A stretch of 64,000 nt of DNA from Gammaproteobacteria bacterium (GTDB lineage: Bacteria; Pseudomonadota; Gammaproteobacteria; JABHGC01): NCBI GenBank assembly GCA_027077805.1, contig JALWTS010000041.1:73234-137233 (forward strand). The letters are read 5' to 3'. Positions within the stretch are counted from its first letter, which is position 1. Each line of letters starts with the position of its first letter. Positions 30,082 through 40,064 of the stretch are shown in pieces. The translations under genes were made by a program, and so were the position numbers. The notes beneath the pieces were generated by a model that saw only the letters and a program-made list of their open reading frames with translations, did not search any database and was not told the DNA's origin.

Positions 30082-30933
30082 CTACATTGCCGATTTTAAT
30101 TGTTGCAATGCTTGTTTCTCTAATTGCCGAATGCGTTCCGCAGAGACATTATAATGGGCAGCTAATGTTTGCAAAGTAGCTTTAGTTTCATTTAACCAAC
30201 GTTGTTCAATAATATGGCGACTACGCTGATCTAAAGTTTCTAAAGCCTGTTGTAACTTATCGTATTGAAATCCATCCCAATCGGCTTTTTCTATCATATC
30301 CGCAGGTTCGCCCGCTTTATCTTTTAAGTAATGGGCAGGAACGTATTCATGTTCATTAGCATCATCATTTTGATCAGGTGTGCCATCAAATGCCACGTCT
30401 TGACCACTTAACCGAGATTCCATTTCTCGTACCATTTCTGGTTTGACTTGCAAATCTTTGGCAATCGCTTCAATTTCCTGCTGATTTAACCAGCCTAAGC
30501 GTTTTTTATTACGCCGTAAATTAAAAAACAATTTACGCTGGGCTTTAGTCGTCGCAACTTTGACAATACGCCAATTTTTTAAAATAAATTCATGAATTTC
30601 AGCTCGAATCCAATGCACCGCAAACGAAATCAAACGCACACCTGCATAAGGGTCAAAACGCTTTACTGCTTTCATTAGTCCCACACTACCTTCCTGCACT
30701 AAATCCAACATAGGTAAGCCATAACCATTATACCCTCTTGCAATATGCACCACAAAACGTAAATGCGACAACACTAAAGTTTTTGCGGCGTGTAAATCGT
30801 CTTGTTCATGTAAGGCAATCGCAAGTGATTTTTCTTCGTCTGCATCCAAAATAGGAATACTATTCACGGCTTGAATATAAGCTTCAATACTATGAACAGG
30901 TAAGGCAGATAATACCGCTAAATCTCGATTCAT
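30082..30933 (-). CDS. rpoH: RNA polymerase sigma-32 (heat shock sigma factor)
   Basis: 283 aa. The RpoH box QRKLFFNLR and region 2 (…[11 protein letters not shown]…) are present. Confidence 0.9.
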   Translation of the reverse strand: MNRDLAVLSALPVHSIEAYIQAVNSIPILDADEEKSLAIALHEQDDLHAAKTLVLSHLRFVVHIARGYNGYGLPMLDLVQEGSVGLMKAVKRFDPYAGVRLISFAVHWIRAEIHEFILKNWRIVKVATTKAQRKLFFNLRRNKKRLGWLNQQEIEAIAKDLQVKPEMVREMESRLSGQDVAFDGTPDQNDDANEHEYVPAHYLKDKAGEPADMIEKADWDGFQYDKLQQALETLDQRSRHIIEQRWLNETKATLQTLAAHYNVSAERIRQLEKQALQQLKSAM

Positions 30934-30965
30934 AATTTAGTTACTCCAAAAAAATTTTGTTTATT

Positions 30966-30999
30966 TTAGCACTCTCATAGTAAGAGTGCTAATTTTTTT
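30966..30999. terminator. Stem-loop immediately downstream of the cysE stop (10-bp stem TTAGCACTCT/AGAGTGCTAA) flanked by an A/T run
   Basis: Hairpin followed by T7 on the plus strand. On the transcribed (minus) strand the U-run is displaced by about 12 nt, so function as an attenuator between cysE and rpoH is uncertain. Confidence 0.35.
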
Positions 31000-31798
31000 C
31001 AAAGTTCCCAGTTTCCGTGGCAGTTTCTTTCTCAGATTCAGGTGTGGTTGATTCAATCTCATATTGTCTTAAGTCAGGAATCTCTAGGTCTTGTTGCTCA
31101 ACGCCTAATTCCTGTAAATGATGTCCCATTGCTTCCATTTGCTTATCCATTGCATGGATATGCTCTAACATACAATTAATCGCCTGAGCCACAGGGTCTG
31201 ACATATCTTTTGTTGTGCCATAAGCATCAAAACCAATTTTTTTAGCCATCTCAATTTGTTGTTGTGTCGGTGCTTTTACTTGTGTAGATTTTTTCACAAT
31301 ATTCCCAGGCACCCCAACCACTGTTACATCACTAGGGACATCTTTCAGCACTACAGCATTAGCGCCTATTCTCGCATTATCGCCAATTAAAATTGGCCCT
31401 AATACTTTCGCACCTGCTCCAACAATCACATTATCACCCAAAGTTGGATGACGCTTGCCTTTTTGCCAGCTTGTACCACCTAAAGTTACCCCATGATATA
31501 AGGTACAATCATCCCCAATTACCGCAGTTTCACCAATCACAACACCCATACCGTGATCAATAAAAAAGCGACGACCAATGACAGCACCAGGATGAATTTC
31601 AATCCCAGTCAACCAACGTGCAAACATAGACAAAAATTTTGCCAACCATCTAATTTTATGCTGCCATAACCAATGATCCATGCGGTGCATTAGAATAGCA
31701 TGAATACCTGGGTAAGTGGTAAGAATTTCCAGCATGTGTCGAGCCGCAGGGTCTCGATCAAAAACACAAGTAATATCTTCTCGTAATCGGGTAAACAT
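30989..31798 (-). CDS. cysE: Serine O-acetyltransferase (short N-terminus, long acidic C-terminal tail)
   Basis: Hexapeptide core [28 protein letters not shown]. There is an approximately 95-aa Glu/Gln/Thr-rich extension after the LbH domain. Confidence 0.85.
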   Translation of the reverse strand: MFTRLREDITCVFDRDPAARHMLEILTTYPGIHAILMHRMDHWLWQHKIRWLAKFLSMFARWLTGIEIHPGAVIGRRFFIDHGMGVVIGETAVIGDDCTLYHGVTLGGTSWQKGKRHPTLGDNVIVGAGAKVLGPILIGDNARIGANAVVLKDVPSDVTVVGVPGNIVKKSTQVKAPTQQQIEMAKKIGFDAYGTTKDMSDPVAQAINCMLEHIHAMDKQMEAMGHHLQELGVEQQDLEIPDLRQYEIESTTPESEKETATETGNFEKN

Positions 31799-31988
31799 AA
31801 ATTTCCTTAACTAAACTACAGTTACAACATAGTTTAACTAAATTTAATAATTAAACTGGAAAATGGGAAAAGGCATTTTGTTTTGATTGACCGAAACGCT
31901 ATCATATCGAATCAAAAATCACTAGGAAACTTAATTATTAAAAGACTATTTTTTACTTTAGCTGACCAACAACAACCAAGGAGTCATT

Positions 31989-32804
31989 ATGAAACTTTAT
32001 TATTGCTTTTTGCTAGTTATCCTAACGATAAATTCAAGTTATGCGAATACCACACCAGATATTAAACAAACATTACAAACGGTATTTCAAGGATTATCAG
32101 AACAACAACCCGCCGTATTATGGCAAGCGTTACCACTAAGCTATCAACAACAACTGACCCGACTGATTCAACAGTCAGCAAGCCAAACCAATCCATTAGT
32201 CCATAGAAAGTTTATTCAACTATTGACCAAAACCAAAAAGGTACTACAACAAAAACAAGCATTTTTTCTCAATAATCCCGATATTAAATCACATCCTAAA
32301 GTTGATAAAGCCCTATGGCAGGATATTATTCAAACGTTGAATATTTTATTAGCGAGTCGTTTAACGGATATCAATTATCTAAAAAATATCAACCTAGAAA
32401 CCCTATTACAATCAACAGGTCAAGAATTAAGTCAAAAACTTCATTTATTCCCAACAGAACTTAGCAAAACTGAATTTGAAGTGCTAGAAAGTGATACTCA
32501 ATCAGCTCAAGTAAAAATTTCATACCCAAATCAAAATTCCGAAGTGCTAGCATTTGCATTAATAGAAAATAAATGGTTGCCTTTAAAGTTTATTGAAAAA
32601 TGGAATACTGCCACTGATGAAATGCAACAATATTTACAATTGGGTCCTAATCCACAACAGGATATGATAGCGATGTTATTGCTAAATACGGTAGAAATTA
32701 TGTTAGTACAACTTGAGAAAATTAACAGTCAAACAGAATTTGATCAAGTATTTGATCAATCTTTGAAAAATATTAATGCTTTAGGCAATCAATTGACAGA
32801 ATAA
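31989..32804 (+). CDS. Hypothetical secreted protein (signal peptide MKLYYCFLLVILTINSSYA)
   Basis: ORF with an N-terminal Sec signal. It is Q/L-rich and fits no recognisable family. Confidence 0.4.
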   Translation: MKLYYCFLLVILTINSSYANTTPDIKQTLQTVFQGLSEQQPAVLWQALPLSYQQQLTRLIQQSASQTNPLVHRKFIQLLTKTKKVLQQKQAFFLNNPDIKSHPKVDKALWQDIIQTLNILLASRLTDINYLKNINLETLLQSTGQELSQKLHLFPTELSKTEFEVLESDTQSAQVKISYPNQNSEVLAFALIENKWLPLKFIEKWNTATDEMQQYLQLGPNPQQDMIAMLLLNTVEIMLVQLEKINSQTEFDQVFDQSLKNINALGNQLTE

Positions 32805-32814
32805 AACAAAAAAA

Positions 32815-32852
32815 CAAAGCCTGATACCAATCAGGCTTTGTTGCAGTTTTTT
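32815..32852. terminator. Bidirectional intrinsic terminator
   Basis: CAAAGCCTGA-taccaa-TCAGGCTTTG (10-bp stem) followed by TTGCAGTTTTTT. It lies between convergent genes. Confidence 0.6.
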
Positions 32853-32871
32853 ACAAACTATGTACGCTAAT

Positions 32872-33144
32872 TTATTTGCTTTCTGCTGGTGCGACAGGTG
32901 CAACAGGCGCGACAGGTGCACCATAGTAAGGATAACCGCCATAGTAAGGTTGGTGATAACCATAGCCACGACCATATACGTTAGTACGAGATGAGAAGTT
33001 CATATCGAAGTCATTCGCACCATAACCATCACCAAATCCACTCCAAGGACCCCATCCACTCCAAGGACCACCCCACCAAGCTTGGGCAGAAACTGAAGTT
33101 GCTAATAAAGCACTAACGGCGATTGCTTTTACGATATTTTTCAT
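32872..33144 (-). CDS. Small secreted Gly/Tyr/Trp/Pro-rich low-complexity protein, copy 1 (candidate sulfur-globule-protein-like or periplasmic structural protein)
   Basis: MKNIVKAIAVSALLATSVSAQA|WWGGPWSGWGPWSGFGDGYGANDFDMNFSSRTNVYGRGYGYHQPYYGGYPYYGAPVAPVAPVAPAESK. An RBS AAGGAAAT lies upstream. The start is at the internal Met of the ORF. Confidence 0.5.
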   Translation of the reverse strand: MKNIVKAIAVSALLATSVSAQAWWGGPWSGWGPWSGFGDGYGANDFDMNFSSRTNVYGRGYGYHQPYYGGYPYYGAPVAPVAPVAPAESK

Positions 33145-33243
33145 GATAATTTCCTTTTTGTTCAATAATAAAATAATAATAAATTTAATAAAATTGCTAT
33201 TGAATGAGAACCTAACCTATAGCTTCAGCTAGGTTCTATAAAA

Positions 33244-33756
33244 TTAAATTTTTGGGCCAAATTTAGGAAGTTCAGCACGTTTTTCCATGATTTCTTTACG
33301 GCGTTGTTCCATTTCTTGCATCGCTTTTTCACGATATTGTTGCATTTCTCTCATCGCTTTAGCTTGGCGTTCTTGCATGGCTTTTACTTGTTGTTCTGCA
33401 AAAGCTTGTGCTACTTTCCTGTCTTCTTCCATTTTCTTCACAATGTCATCATTAGCAAATGGAGCAGGAACAGCTTCAGGACCTTTCACGATAGGCTGAG
33501 GAAAATTTTTCATCATTTGTTCGTGATGCTTTCGTGCCATTTCTTCGGCTTGTCTCATTGAAGCTTCATGACGTTTCATAATCTCTTCATTGGCTTGACG
33601 TTGTGCCTTAATTGCTTGTTCAAATGCTTGTTGTTGTTGTTCAAAATCAACGACTGGTACGGCAGGTGTTACTTGAGGTTCTCCCCACCATGCGTTAGCT
33701 GACAATGAAATACCCATGACTGTTGCGATTGCTAATACTTTAACTAAACGTTTCAT
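33244..33756 (-). CDS. Secreted, highly charged Met/Gln/Glu/Lys-rich predicted coiled-coil protein (170 aa), flanked by the two Gly/Tyr-rich paralogs
   Basis: Signal peptide is MKRLVKVLAIATVMGISLSANA|WWGEP…. The mature part is EEQ/AMQE-repeat helical (…AMQERQAKAMREMQQYREKAMQEMEQRRKEIMEKRAEL…). It shares the post-cleavage WWG motif with its neighbours. Confidence 0.5.
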   Translation of the reverse strand: MKRLVKVLAIATVMGISLSANAWWGEPQVTPAVPVVDFEQQQQAFEQAIKAQRQANEEIMKRHEASMRQAEEMARKHHEQMMKNFPQPIVKGPEAVPAPFANDDIVKKMEEDRKVAQAFAEQQVKAMQERQAKAMREMQQYREKAMQEMEQRRKEIMEKRAELPKFGPKI

Positions 33757-33870
33757 ATCTAAAACCTCTCATCTAATATGTTTGTTACATCAATCACAGG
33801 GAGCACATCCATGTGCAGAGCATCCATTCAAAGCCACATCCCTGTGTATTTCTATCCCTATTCTTTACGA

Positions 33871-34167
33871 TTACTTGCTTTCAGCTGGCACAACAGGAGC
33901 GACAGGTGCAACAGGAGCGACAGGCGCACCGTAGTAAGGATAACCACCATAGTATGGATAACCATAGTAAGGTTGGTGATAACCATAGCCACGACCATAC
34001 ACATTAGAGTGAGAAGACATATTGAAGTTGAAGTCATTGGCACCATAACCATCACCGAATCCACTCCAAGGACCCCATCCACTCCAAGGACCACCCCACC
34101 ATGCTTGAGCTGAAACTGAAGTTGCTAATAAAGCACTAACGGCAATTGCTTTTACGATATTTTTCAT
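33871..34167 (-). CDS. Small secreted Gly/Tyr/Trp/Pro-rich low-complexity protein, copy 2 (paralog of 32872..33144)
   Basis: Same signal peptide and WWGGPWSGWGPWSGFGDGYG core as copy 1, about 90% nucleotide identity, with one extra YGYPYY unit and one extra PVA unit. Own RBS. The start is at the internal Met. Confidence 0.5.
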   Translation of the reverse strand: MKNIVKAIAVSALLATSVSAQAWWGGPWSGWGPWSGFGDGYGANDFNFNMSSHSNVYGRGYGYHQPYYGYPYYGGYPYYGAPVAPVAPVAPVVPAESK

Positions 34168-34495
34168 GATATATTTCCTTTTTTTGTTACATTTAAGTTT
34201 TAAAGATTTTTTTGTTACTGTGTGCCTGAACACGTGTAAAGAATATTAGAATTTACTTATCAAATCAAATATAAATATTCTATAATGCTTATAATATTAT
34301 TTTATGACAATAATTATATTATTATTTTCTAATATATTTAAGTTAAATATCTAATATCATCAATCAGTTAAAAATTCTTATGGTTTTCACATTGGGGTTT
34401 AAATCAAGTGAAAAAAGTGATAAAAAAAGATTTTTGCTCTTGAAAATTAGGGGCAAGGCTTGCCTTTTTTGAGGGGCAAAAAATGAATAAAATGC

Positions 34496-36169
34496 CTATG
34501 GATTTAAAGCAGGCAATCCAGTGCGTGCTTTAGGCTGAGTTACACATAATTGATGCACCGCAAGATGTTGGAACTGTTGCTGAAAACGGGTTTTCCACGG
34601 CTTAATATCAATGGCTTGCTGATTATATACAGCGGATTGTAATTCTTGAAACAATTCATTCACCTCAATAGGATTCACTTGAGGATAAATATTACATAAA
34701 ACTCTGGCAATATTTTCTAAAGGACTATTATCGGGCATATTCAAACAAGACCCCGCAAATTTAGTCATTAGACTTGCTACGTCCTCCGCTGTTGCTTCAA
34801 ATTCTAAACGTCGCATAAAACGATAAATACGCAAAGAAGTCGGCAAATACTTATCTAAACGCTGTAATAGCCAAAACAACAAACCATAACGTCGTTTGGT
34901 TTCAACCAAGGAACGCTGTGAACGTTGCAAAGACTGAAAAAATACCGATAATTTTCCAGTACTACGACTAATCATCTGGAATAAAACTTCTAAATGGCGG
35001 TAGCAAAACAATAACATTTTGTCCATATATTTAGTGATAATACTGACCCCAGGACGTCCTGCCCCCATCCAAGCACCAAAGAAAAAAATTGCAAACCCGA
35101 TAATCGCAAACCCTAAATACCCAACGGATTGATAAAAAGGGACAGTATATTGCTGTTCTTCAAGCCTATCTAATTTTGCTTCACTAGAGCCAATGCCAAT
35201 TTTTTTGGCAGGGAGTTCCGACCATGTTTCTTTATGATATTGCACATCCCACCACATAACTTGAATTGAAGGTAATTCTAAGATTCCAGTGCTTTGAGGC
35301 ACAACAGTATAAGTTTCAATGCGTTTACCCACAATAGTTTTGCCATCAGTGCTTAGATTATTTTCAGTACTTGATGATTCTAAATACCATTTAAAATCTT
35401 TATTTTGGACTAAAGACGCAATACTAGGAAGATCCTCACCACGACTGCCTCTTGCTTCTAAAGTAATAGTGTAATTAATTGGCTCACCTTCTCTACGTCG
35501 ATTGGCACTATCCATATATCCTGAAATCTTTAAATCGTAAAGAGGCAGCCAAAAATAATTAAAATTTGCTCTGGGTCTTACTCGTAAATGAGTTGCTTTA
35601 GTTTTAATGGATGTAGGAATGGGAGTAAAGCTTTGAGCTTGCGGATTCTGGGCTTGGGAATATTGGGGATATTGATTGTAATTAGGATAGGAATTAGGAT
35701 AAGAATATTGGGGTGGTTGCGTATAGTTTCGATAGGGATATGGCAATTGACGATTATAGTTTTGATAGGGATATGGTGATTGACGATTATAGCTTGGATA
35801 ACTAGAACGATTGTATTGAGAAGACGATTTGAGTGTAATCTCAATCTCAGGAATAGTTAAATCCCCAGCGGCCAATGGAATTAAGGAATATTGATACTCG
35901 GCAACCGCATATTGTTGTTCAAAATACGTTTTAGGTTCACCACCTTCGTTTACATTATCAACGACGGCATTTTCAACCACGGGCATAGGAACATTAGTAA
36001 TTTCAACTGATTTGGGATCATATACAATTTTCATTGTATAAATCACCGCTTGTTTCATATAAGGGTTGGGTTCTGAGATACTCGTTTCAACTCTGGCTGT
36101 ATCCGCAAACACTAAACCATCGATATTAACGAATACCAATAAAAAATAAATTATCGATCGTATGCGCAT
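34496..36169 (-). CDS. BatD-like protein (aerotolerance / oxygen tolerance operon), with a Pro/Tyr/Asn/Gln-rich low-complexity insert
   Basis: N-terminal signal, a C-terminal TM segment, and the last position in a MoxR-DUF58-VWA-VWA-TPR operon. Internal PYPYQNYNRQ-type repeats are present. Confidence 0.55.
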   Translation of the reverse strand: MRIRSIIYFLLVFVNIDGLVFADTARVETSISEPNPYMKQAVIYTMKIVYDPKSVEITNVPMPVVENAVVDNVNEGGEPKTYFEQQYAVAEYQYSLIPLAAGDLTIPEIEITLKSSSQYNRSSYPSYNRQSPYPYQNYNRQLPYPYRNYTQPPQYSYPNSYPNYNQYPQYSQAQNPQAQSFTPIPTSIKTKATHLRVRPRANFNYFWLPLYDLKISGYMDSANRRREGEPINYTITLEARGSRGEDLPSIASLVQNKDFKWYLESSSTENNLSTDGKTIVGKRIETYTVVPQSTGILELPSIQVMWWDVQYHKETWSELPAKKIGIGSSEAKLDRLEEQQYTVPFYQSVGYLGFAIIGFAIFFFGAWMGAGRPGVSIITKYMDKMLLFCYRHLEVLFQMISRSTGKLSVFFQSLQRSQRSLVETKRRYGLLFWLLQRLDKYLPTSLRIYRFMRRLEFEATAEDVASLMTKFAGSCLNMPDNSPLENIARVLCNIYPQVNPIEVNELFQELQSAVYNQQAIDIKPWKTRFQQQFQHLAVHQLCVTQPKARTGLPALNP

Positions 36170-36186
36170 ATTAACCACCTTAAATA

Positions 36187-37488
36187 TTACCAAGGACGAG
36201 ACTCGTATAACAACCGTTGTCCTTGTCCTAATTGTCGTTTTTCTTCATTCAAAAATTGCTGTTGAATTAATTGACTGGGTTCCCCTTCCACTTGCTGTAA
36301 CCATTGTTCAATAATTCTAGGAGGAATATCGGGTTTCCCGTCTAAACGTCCCACTGGAATTTTTCCTTGTTGCAACTGTTGTTCACCAATGGTTTCAAGT
36401 TCTTCTAAATTTTCAATTTCTTGTTGTTCATAACTCGCTGATTCGCCCTTGTCCTGATTTTCTTTATTATCACCTGAGGCTTTGGTATCAAATTGCTGTT
36501 GCCCTTCACTTTTATCTTGCTCTTGATCGCCTTTATTGCCTTTTTGCACTTGATCTTGCTTATCGCCTTTATCTTGTTCGGGCTGTTCTTCGCCTTGTTG
36601 CTCTTGATCTTGTTGTTGCTGTTCCGCTTGTTCTGATTCTGAATCTCGTTGAGCCTTATCTTGTTCTTTAGAATCTGAATCCTGATTTTCCTGATCTGCT
36701 AGTTGTTTTGAATCAGAACCTTGTTGCTCTTGATCTAGTGGTTGTTTTGAGTCAGAACCTTGTTGTTCTTGATCTTGCGCCTTAGACTCAGACCCTTGGT
36801 TTTCTTGATCCTGTTGTTCTTCTGATTCAGAGCCTTGCCGTTCTCGATCTTGCACCTTAGACTCAGACCCTTGGTTTTCTTGATCCTGTTGTTCTTCTGA
36901 TTCAGAGCCTTGTTGCTGTTCTTCAGAAGAATCACCACTAGATTGTTGCCGTTGTTTTTGTTGTTCTTGTGCTTGTTTCTCTTTTTCTTGATTTTCTTGT
37001 TGTTCTTGTGCTTGTTGCTGTTTCTCTTGTTGTTCTTTTTCTTGTTGTTCCTGTTTCTCTTTTTCTTGTTTTTGCTTTTCTTCAGGCTGTTCTGGTTCTA
37101 AAGTGTATAAGTCCAATTGTTTTTGTGCTAAAGCTAAATTAAATTTAGCATCTTCATTATCAGGCTCTCTCGCCAAAGCCCGTTTATAACTCTCAATTGC
37201 TTGATAAAATTTTGCTTGACGAAACTGGGCATTACCTAAATTGTACAAAGCATCACCAAGCACCTCAGGACGAGTAACGCGTTGAAATGCTTGTTCAGCT
37301 AGAACATATAATCCCGCCCGATAATACGCCACCCCTTTACGATAATCATCTGTAAACTTTTCAGCGGCAATACGATAATTACCATCCGCAAAGGCAGTTA
37401 AAGCCTCTTTATCAATATTATTATTCGCAATAGCAATGCTGTAACTTATACTCAATACACTGATTATGACTATTTTGAAATATCTCAT
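36187..37488 (-). CDS. BatC-like TPR-repeat protein with an approximately 200-aa hyper-acidic Glu/Gln/Asp/Ser tandem-repeat region
   Basis: N-terminal TPR motifs (…AYYRAGLYVLAEQAFQRV…ALYNLGNAQFRQAKFYQAIESYKRALAREPDNEDAKFNLALA…) followed by QGSESEEQQDQENQGSESK repeats. Confidence 0.6.
   Translation of the reverse strand: MRYFKIVIISVLSISYSIAIANNNIDKEALTAFADGNYRIAAEKFTDDYRKGVAYYRAGLYVLAEQAFQRVTRPEVLGDALYNLGNAQFRQAKFYQAIESYKRALAREPDNEDAKFNLALAQKQLDLYTLEPEQPEEKQKQEKEKQEQQEKEQQEKQQQAQEQQENQEKEKQAQEQQKQRQQSSGDSSEEQQQGSESEEQQDQENQGSESKVQDRERQGSESEEQQDQENQGSESKAQDQEQQGSDSKQPLDQEQQGSDSKQLADQENQDSDSKEQDKAQRDSESEQAEQQQQDQEQQGEEQPEQDKGDKQDQVQKGNKGDQEQDKSEGQQQFDTKASGDNKENQDKGESASYEQQEIENLEELETIGEQQLQQGKIPVGRLDGKPDIPPRIIEQWLQQVEGEPSQLIQQQFLNEEKRQLGQGQRLLYESRPW
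36690..36930. repeat. Coding tandem repeat array (75-bp unit, about 3 copies, the two 3' copies identical over their first 57 nt) inside the BatC-like gene
   Basis: Units start at 36781 and 36856 (cttagactcagacccttggttttcttgatcctgttgttcttctgattcagagccttg…). A diverged copy lies upstream (36700-36780). Confidence 0.7.
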
Positions 37489-37489
37489 A

Positions 37490-38512
37490 TTATTTCCGCC
37501 ATCTCACCCGCTGTACTTGTCGAAAACGATATAACAACAACAACATCATTAGACCTACTAAAATATAAAAACGTTCATGCCAAACCCGAATTGGATTTTT
37601 CTTTACCATACTAGGCGGTTGATTTTGTTTAATATGCTCTAAAATTGTTTCAACATCATCATTACGATAACTAGCGGTAACATAGATACCGCCACCCGCT
37701 TGTGCTAATAGTTCTAATCCTGTTTTATCTAACTTAGAGATCACTCGTCGTCCTTGCTGATCCACTAACCACCCCCCTTGAGGACTGGCTACAGGCACGC
37801 CCTGAGTTTCACCGACGCCAATCACATATAAATTAATACCATATTGTCTGAATTGTCGCACTTGTTCTGATAAATTAGGTTCTTGAAAATCACCATCTGA
37901 CACCAATACAATCGCTTTGGCATTGCCCGAAGGCTGGCTTAAAAACAAACGCTGTGCTTTATCCAAGGCATTAGACAAACGTGAGCCTTGTAAACGCACT
38001 AAATCAGTGGATAATGCAGGTAAAATTCGTAATAACGACCAACGATCTTCAGTAATCGGTGATAAAACATTGGCAACTGTGGCAAACGCAATCAAACCCA
38101 CTTTTAAATTCTGGGCTTGCTCCACAAAATCTTTCACTTCTTGTTTCGCTCTTGCCAAACGATTAGGACGTACATCTTGGGCTGACATGGAACGTGACAT
38201 ATCAAATAAAATCACCACGCCAGTCGTGGGTTCAAAAATATCAATATCAGTATAATCCCAACGAGGCCCTGCCATTGCAATCACAGCCATGACCCATAAC
38301 ATTGTCCATAATAAAAAGGCTTTACGCCGTTTCACCCCTTCTTCATTATTATGGATAATTAAATAAGGCAACAAATGTTTATCAGCATAGTGCTGTAATC
38401 TATCATAATAATCTTCTCTTAATTGTGCTCTTGGTAACCACCATAAGACTAATGGAAAAATTAAGCCCCATAACCATATGGGTTGTTCAAAATGAAAGCC
38501 GACTGTTTCCAT
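37490..38512 (-). CDS. VWA domain protein (BatB-like)
   Basis: N-terminal TM helices followed by a von Willebrand A domain (…VVILFDMSRSMSAQDV…AKAIVLVSDGDF…). Confidence 0.65.
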   Translation of the reverse strand: METVGFHFEQPIWLWGLIFPLVLWWLPRAQLREDYYDRLQHYADKHLLPYLIIHNNEEGVKRRKAFLLWTMLWVMAVIAMAGPRWDYTDIDIFEPTTGVVILFDMSRSMSAQDVRPNRLARAKQEVKDFVEQAQNLKVGLIAFATVANVLSPITEDRWSLLRILPALSTDLVRLQGSRLSNALDKAQRLFLSQPSGNAKAIVLVSDGDFQEPNLSEQVRQFRQYGINLYVIGVGETQGVPVASPQGGWLVDQQGRRVISKLDKTGLELLAQAGGGIYVTASYRNDDVETILEHIKQNQPPSMVKKNPIRVWHERFYILVGLMMLLLLYRFRQVQRVRWRK

Positions 38513-38519
38513 AGTTATC

Positions 38520-39535
38520 TCACTGCTGATTCCGACCTAAACTAATACCAACCATCATCATTAATATTAATAAAGCAAAACCTAAGGGCCAGCGATATAA
38601 GGGTTGTGGAATTAGAATGGTTTTGGATTTAGCGTCGGTTTTTTCTAAGGTATTAATATCTTGGTAAATGGCTTCTAAGGCCTGAGTATCAGTCGCTCGA
38701 AAATATTGACCACCTGTTTGTTGGGCAATCCTCATTAATAGGTTTTCGTCAATACTCATTTCTTCCATTTCGATTTTACCCTCTTTCCAAATCGGCACTT
38801 CTTTTTGTTGACTACCCACACCAATAGTATAAATCCGAATATTAAAGTGATCTGCCATCATAGCAGCCTGAACAGGCAATAAACTTCCTTCAGTATTTTC
38901 ACCATCGGTAATTAAAATCAATACCCGAGATTCGGCAGGTCGTTCTTTTAATTTTTTTACGGCTAAACCAATGGCATCACCAATGGCTGTTGCATCACCA
39001 ACCATACCAGGTGAAAGATGCGTTAACATATCTCGAACCACTGCCCCATCCAAAGTTAAGGGTGCTTGTACATAAGCTTGATCACCAAATAAAATCAAAC
39101 CAATCCTATCGCCCTGCCGTTGTTGAATAAACTCATCAACAACTTCTTTTACCACATCCATTCGAGTTACTTTGCGTCCATGTAAACTAAAATCCAAAGC
39201 TAACATAGAACGAGACGTATCCACTGCCAACATTAAATCATAACCTCTACTAGTTACTTGGGTATGTTCTTCTAGCCACTGGGGACGCATTACCGTTGCC
39301 ACTAGGGCTATCCATAACAATGCCCATAAAATGGCTTGCAACCAATCATGCGACTGTAAACCTTTATCAGAGGAATGAAATGCTTGTTCTAAACGCTCAA
39401 TCGCAGGATGATATAATACGCTTTCCGCCATTTCTTCCTCTTGCTCTAGGGCTTCTCGATCTGGCCAAAAAAATCTCACCAACCAAGGCAAGGGTAATAA
39501 CAAGGCCAACCAAGGCCAATAAAAACTAAACATGC
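38520..39535 (-). CDS. VWA domain protein (BatA-like)
   Basis: MFSFYWPWLALLLPLPW…LMLAVDTSRSMLA…RVLILITDGENTEG. The start is taken at the internal Met. Confidence 0.65.
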
Positions 39536-40050
39536 TGTTTTTTTCTAAACCATCGTAGTAAAGATAATATATTCGGTTGCTTGTAAGGATCAATTTCTAC
39601 CCAAGCCAGACTTGCTTTAAATAAGGCTCGCCAAGCTTTACGATCAATTTCTAAGTGTTCATTCGGGGGTGCATACGGTAAGTCTAATAATAATTTTCGA
39701 TATTTTGACCATTGAAAGCCTTTGGGATCGTTTTGTTGTAACCATAATAGCCACGCCTCGCCTTCTAAACCAGCACAAGCACTACGACCACAACGTGCCA
39801 TTGCAATTCGTCGTAATAATATAGAAAATTTACCCATTAATACTTGGCTAGGATGACGATTAAACTGGCGTCGTAAGCGTAATAATTGGCTTTTTGCATC
39901 CGTTTTCCATGTTTGTCCTGTTGGAATAGATAACCACAACCAAATAATAAATAACAATACCAATAATAAAGCAAACGCAATCAAGACATCAGTAAGCGAC
40001 CACCAATACACTGACACATCTAAACCACGAATATCACGTAATTGATCCAT
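39526..40050 (-). CDS. DUF4381-like small membrane protein of Bat/MoxR operons
   Basis: 174 aa with a single TM (LIAFALLLVLLFIIWLWL). It has the conserved position between the DUF58 and BatA genes. Confidence 0.4.
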   Translation of the reverse strand: MDQLRDIRGLDVSVYWWSLTDVLIAFALLLVLLFIIWLWLSIPTGQTWKTDAKSQLLRLRRQFNRHPSQVLMGKFSILLRRIAMARCGRSACAGLEGEAWLLWLQQNDPKGFQWSKYRKLLLDLPYAPPNEHLEIDRKAWRALFKASLAWVEIDPYKQPNILSLLRWFRKKQHV

Positions 40051-40064
40051 CCGCCTAATCCTTG

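Noticed and set aside
33287-34113. Several plus-strand ORFs (70-111 aa) overlapping the Gly/Tyr-rich and coiled-coil genes
   Set aside because: They are antisense to well-supported minus-strand genes that have signal peptides, RBSs and paralog conservation, and they consist of low-complexity translations.
34430-34480. Possible terminator GGCAAGGCTTGCC followed by TTTTTT downstream of the BatD-like gene
   Set aside because: The palindrome leaves at most a 1-3-nt loop with a 5-6-bp stem, and the geometry is marginal. It is mentioned only as a weak candidate.
36690-36930. Regularly spaced 75-bp direct repeats that might suggest a CRISPR array
   Set aside because: The repeats are contiguous with no unique spacers, lie in-frame inside the BatC-like coding sequence (encoding QGSESEEQQDQENQGSESK units) and lack a leader or cas genes. 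They are a coding tandem repeat.
36910-37101. Plus-strand ORF encoding a poly-Leu/Phe 63-aa peptide
   Set aside because: It is the antisense shadow of the acidic low-complexity repeat of the BatC-like gene. Composition is driven by the complementary strand.
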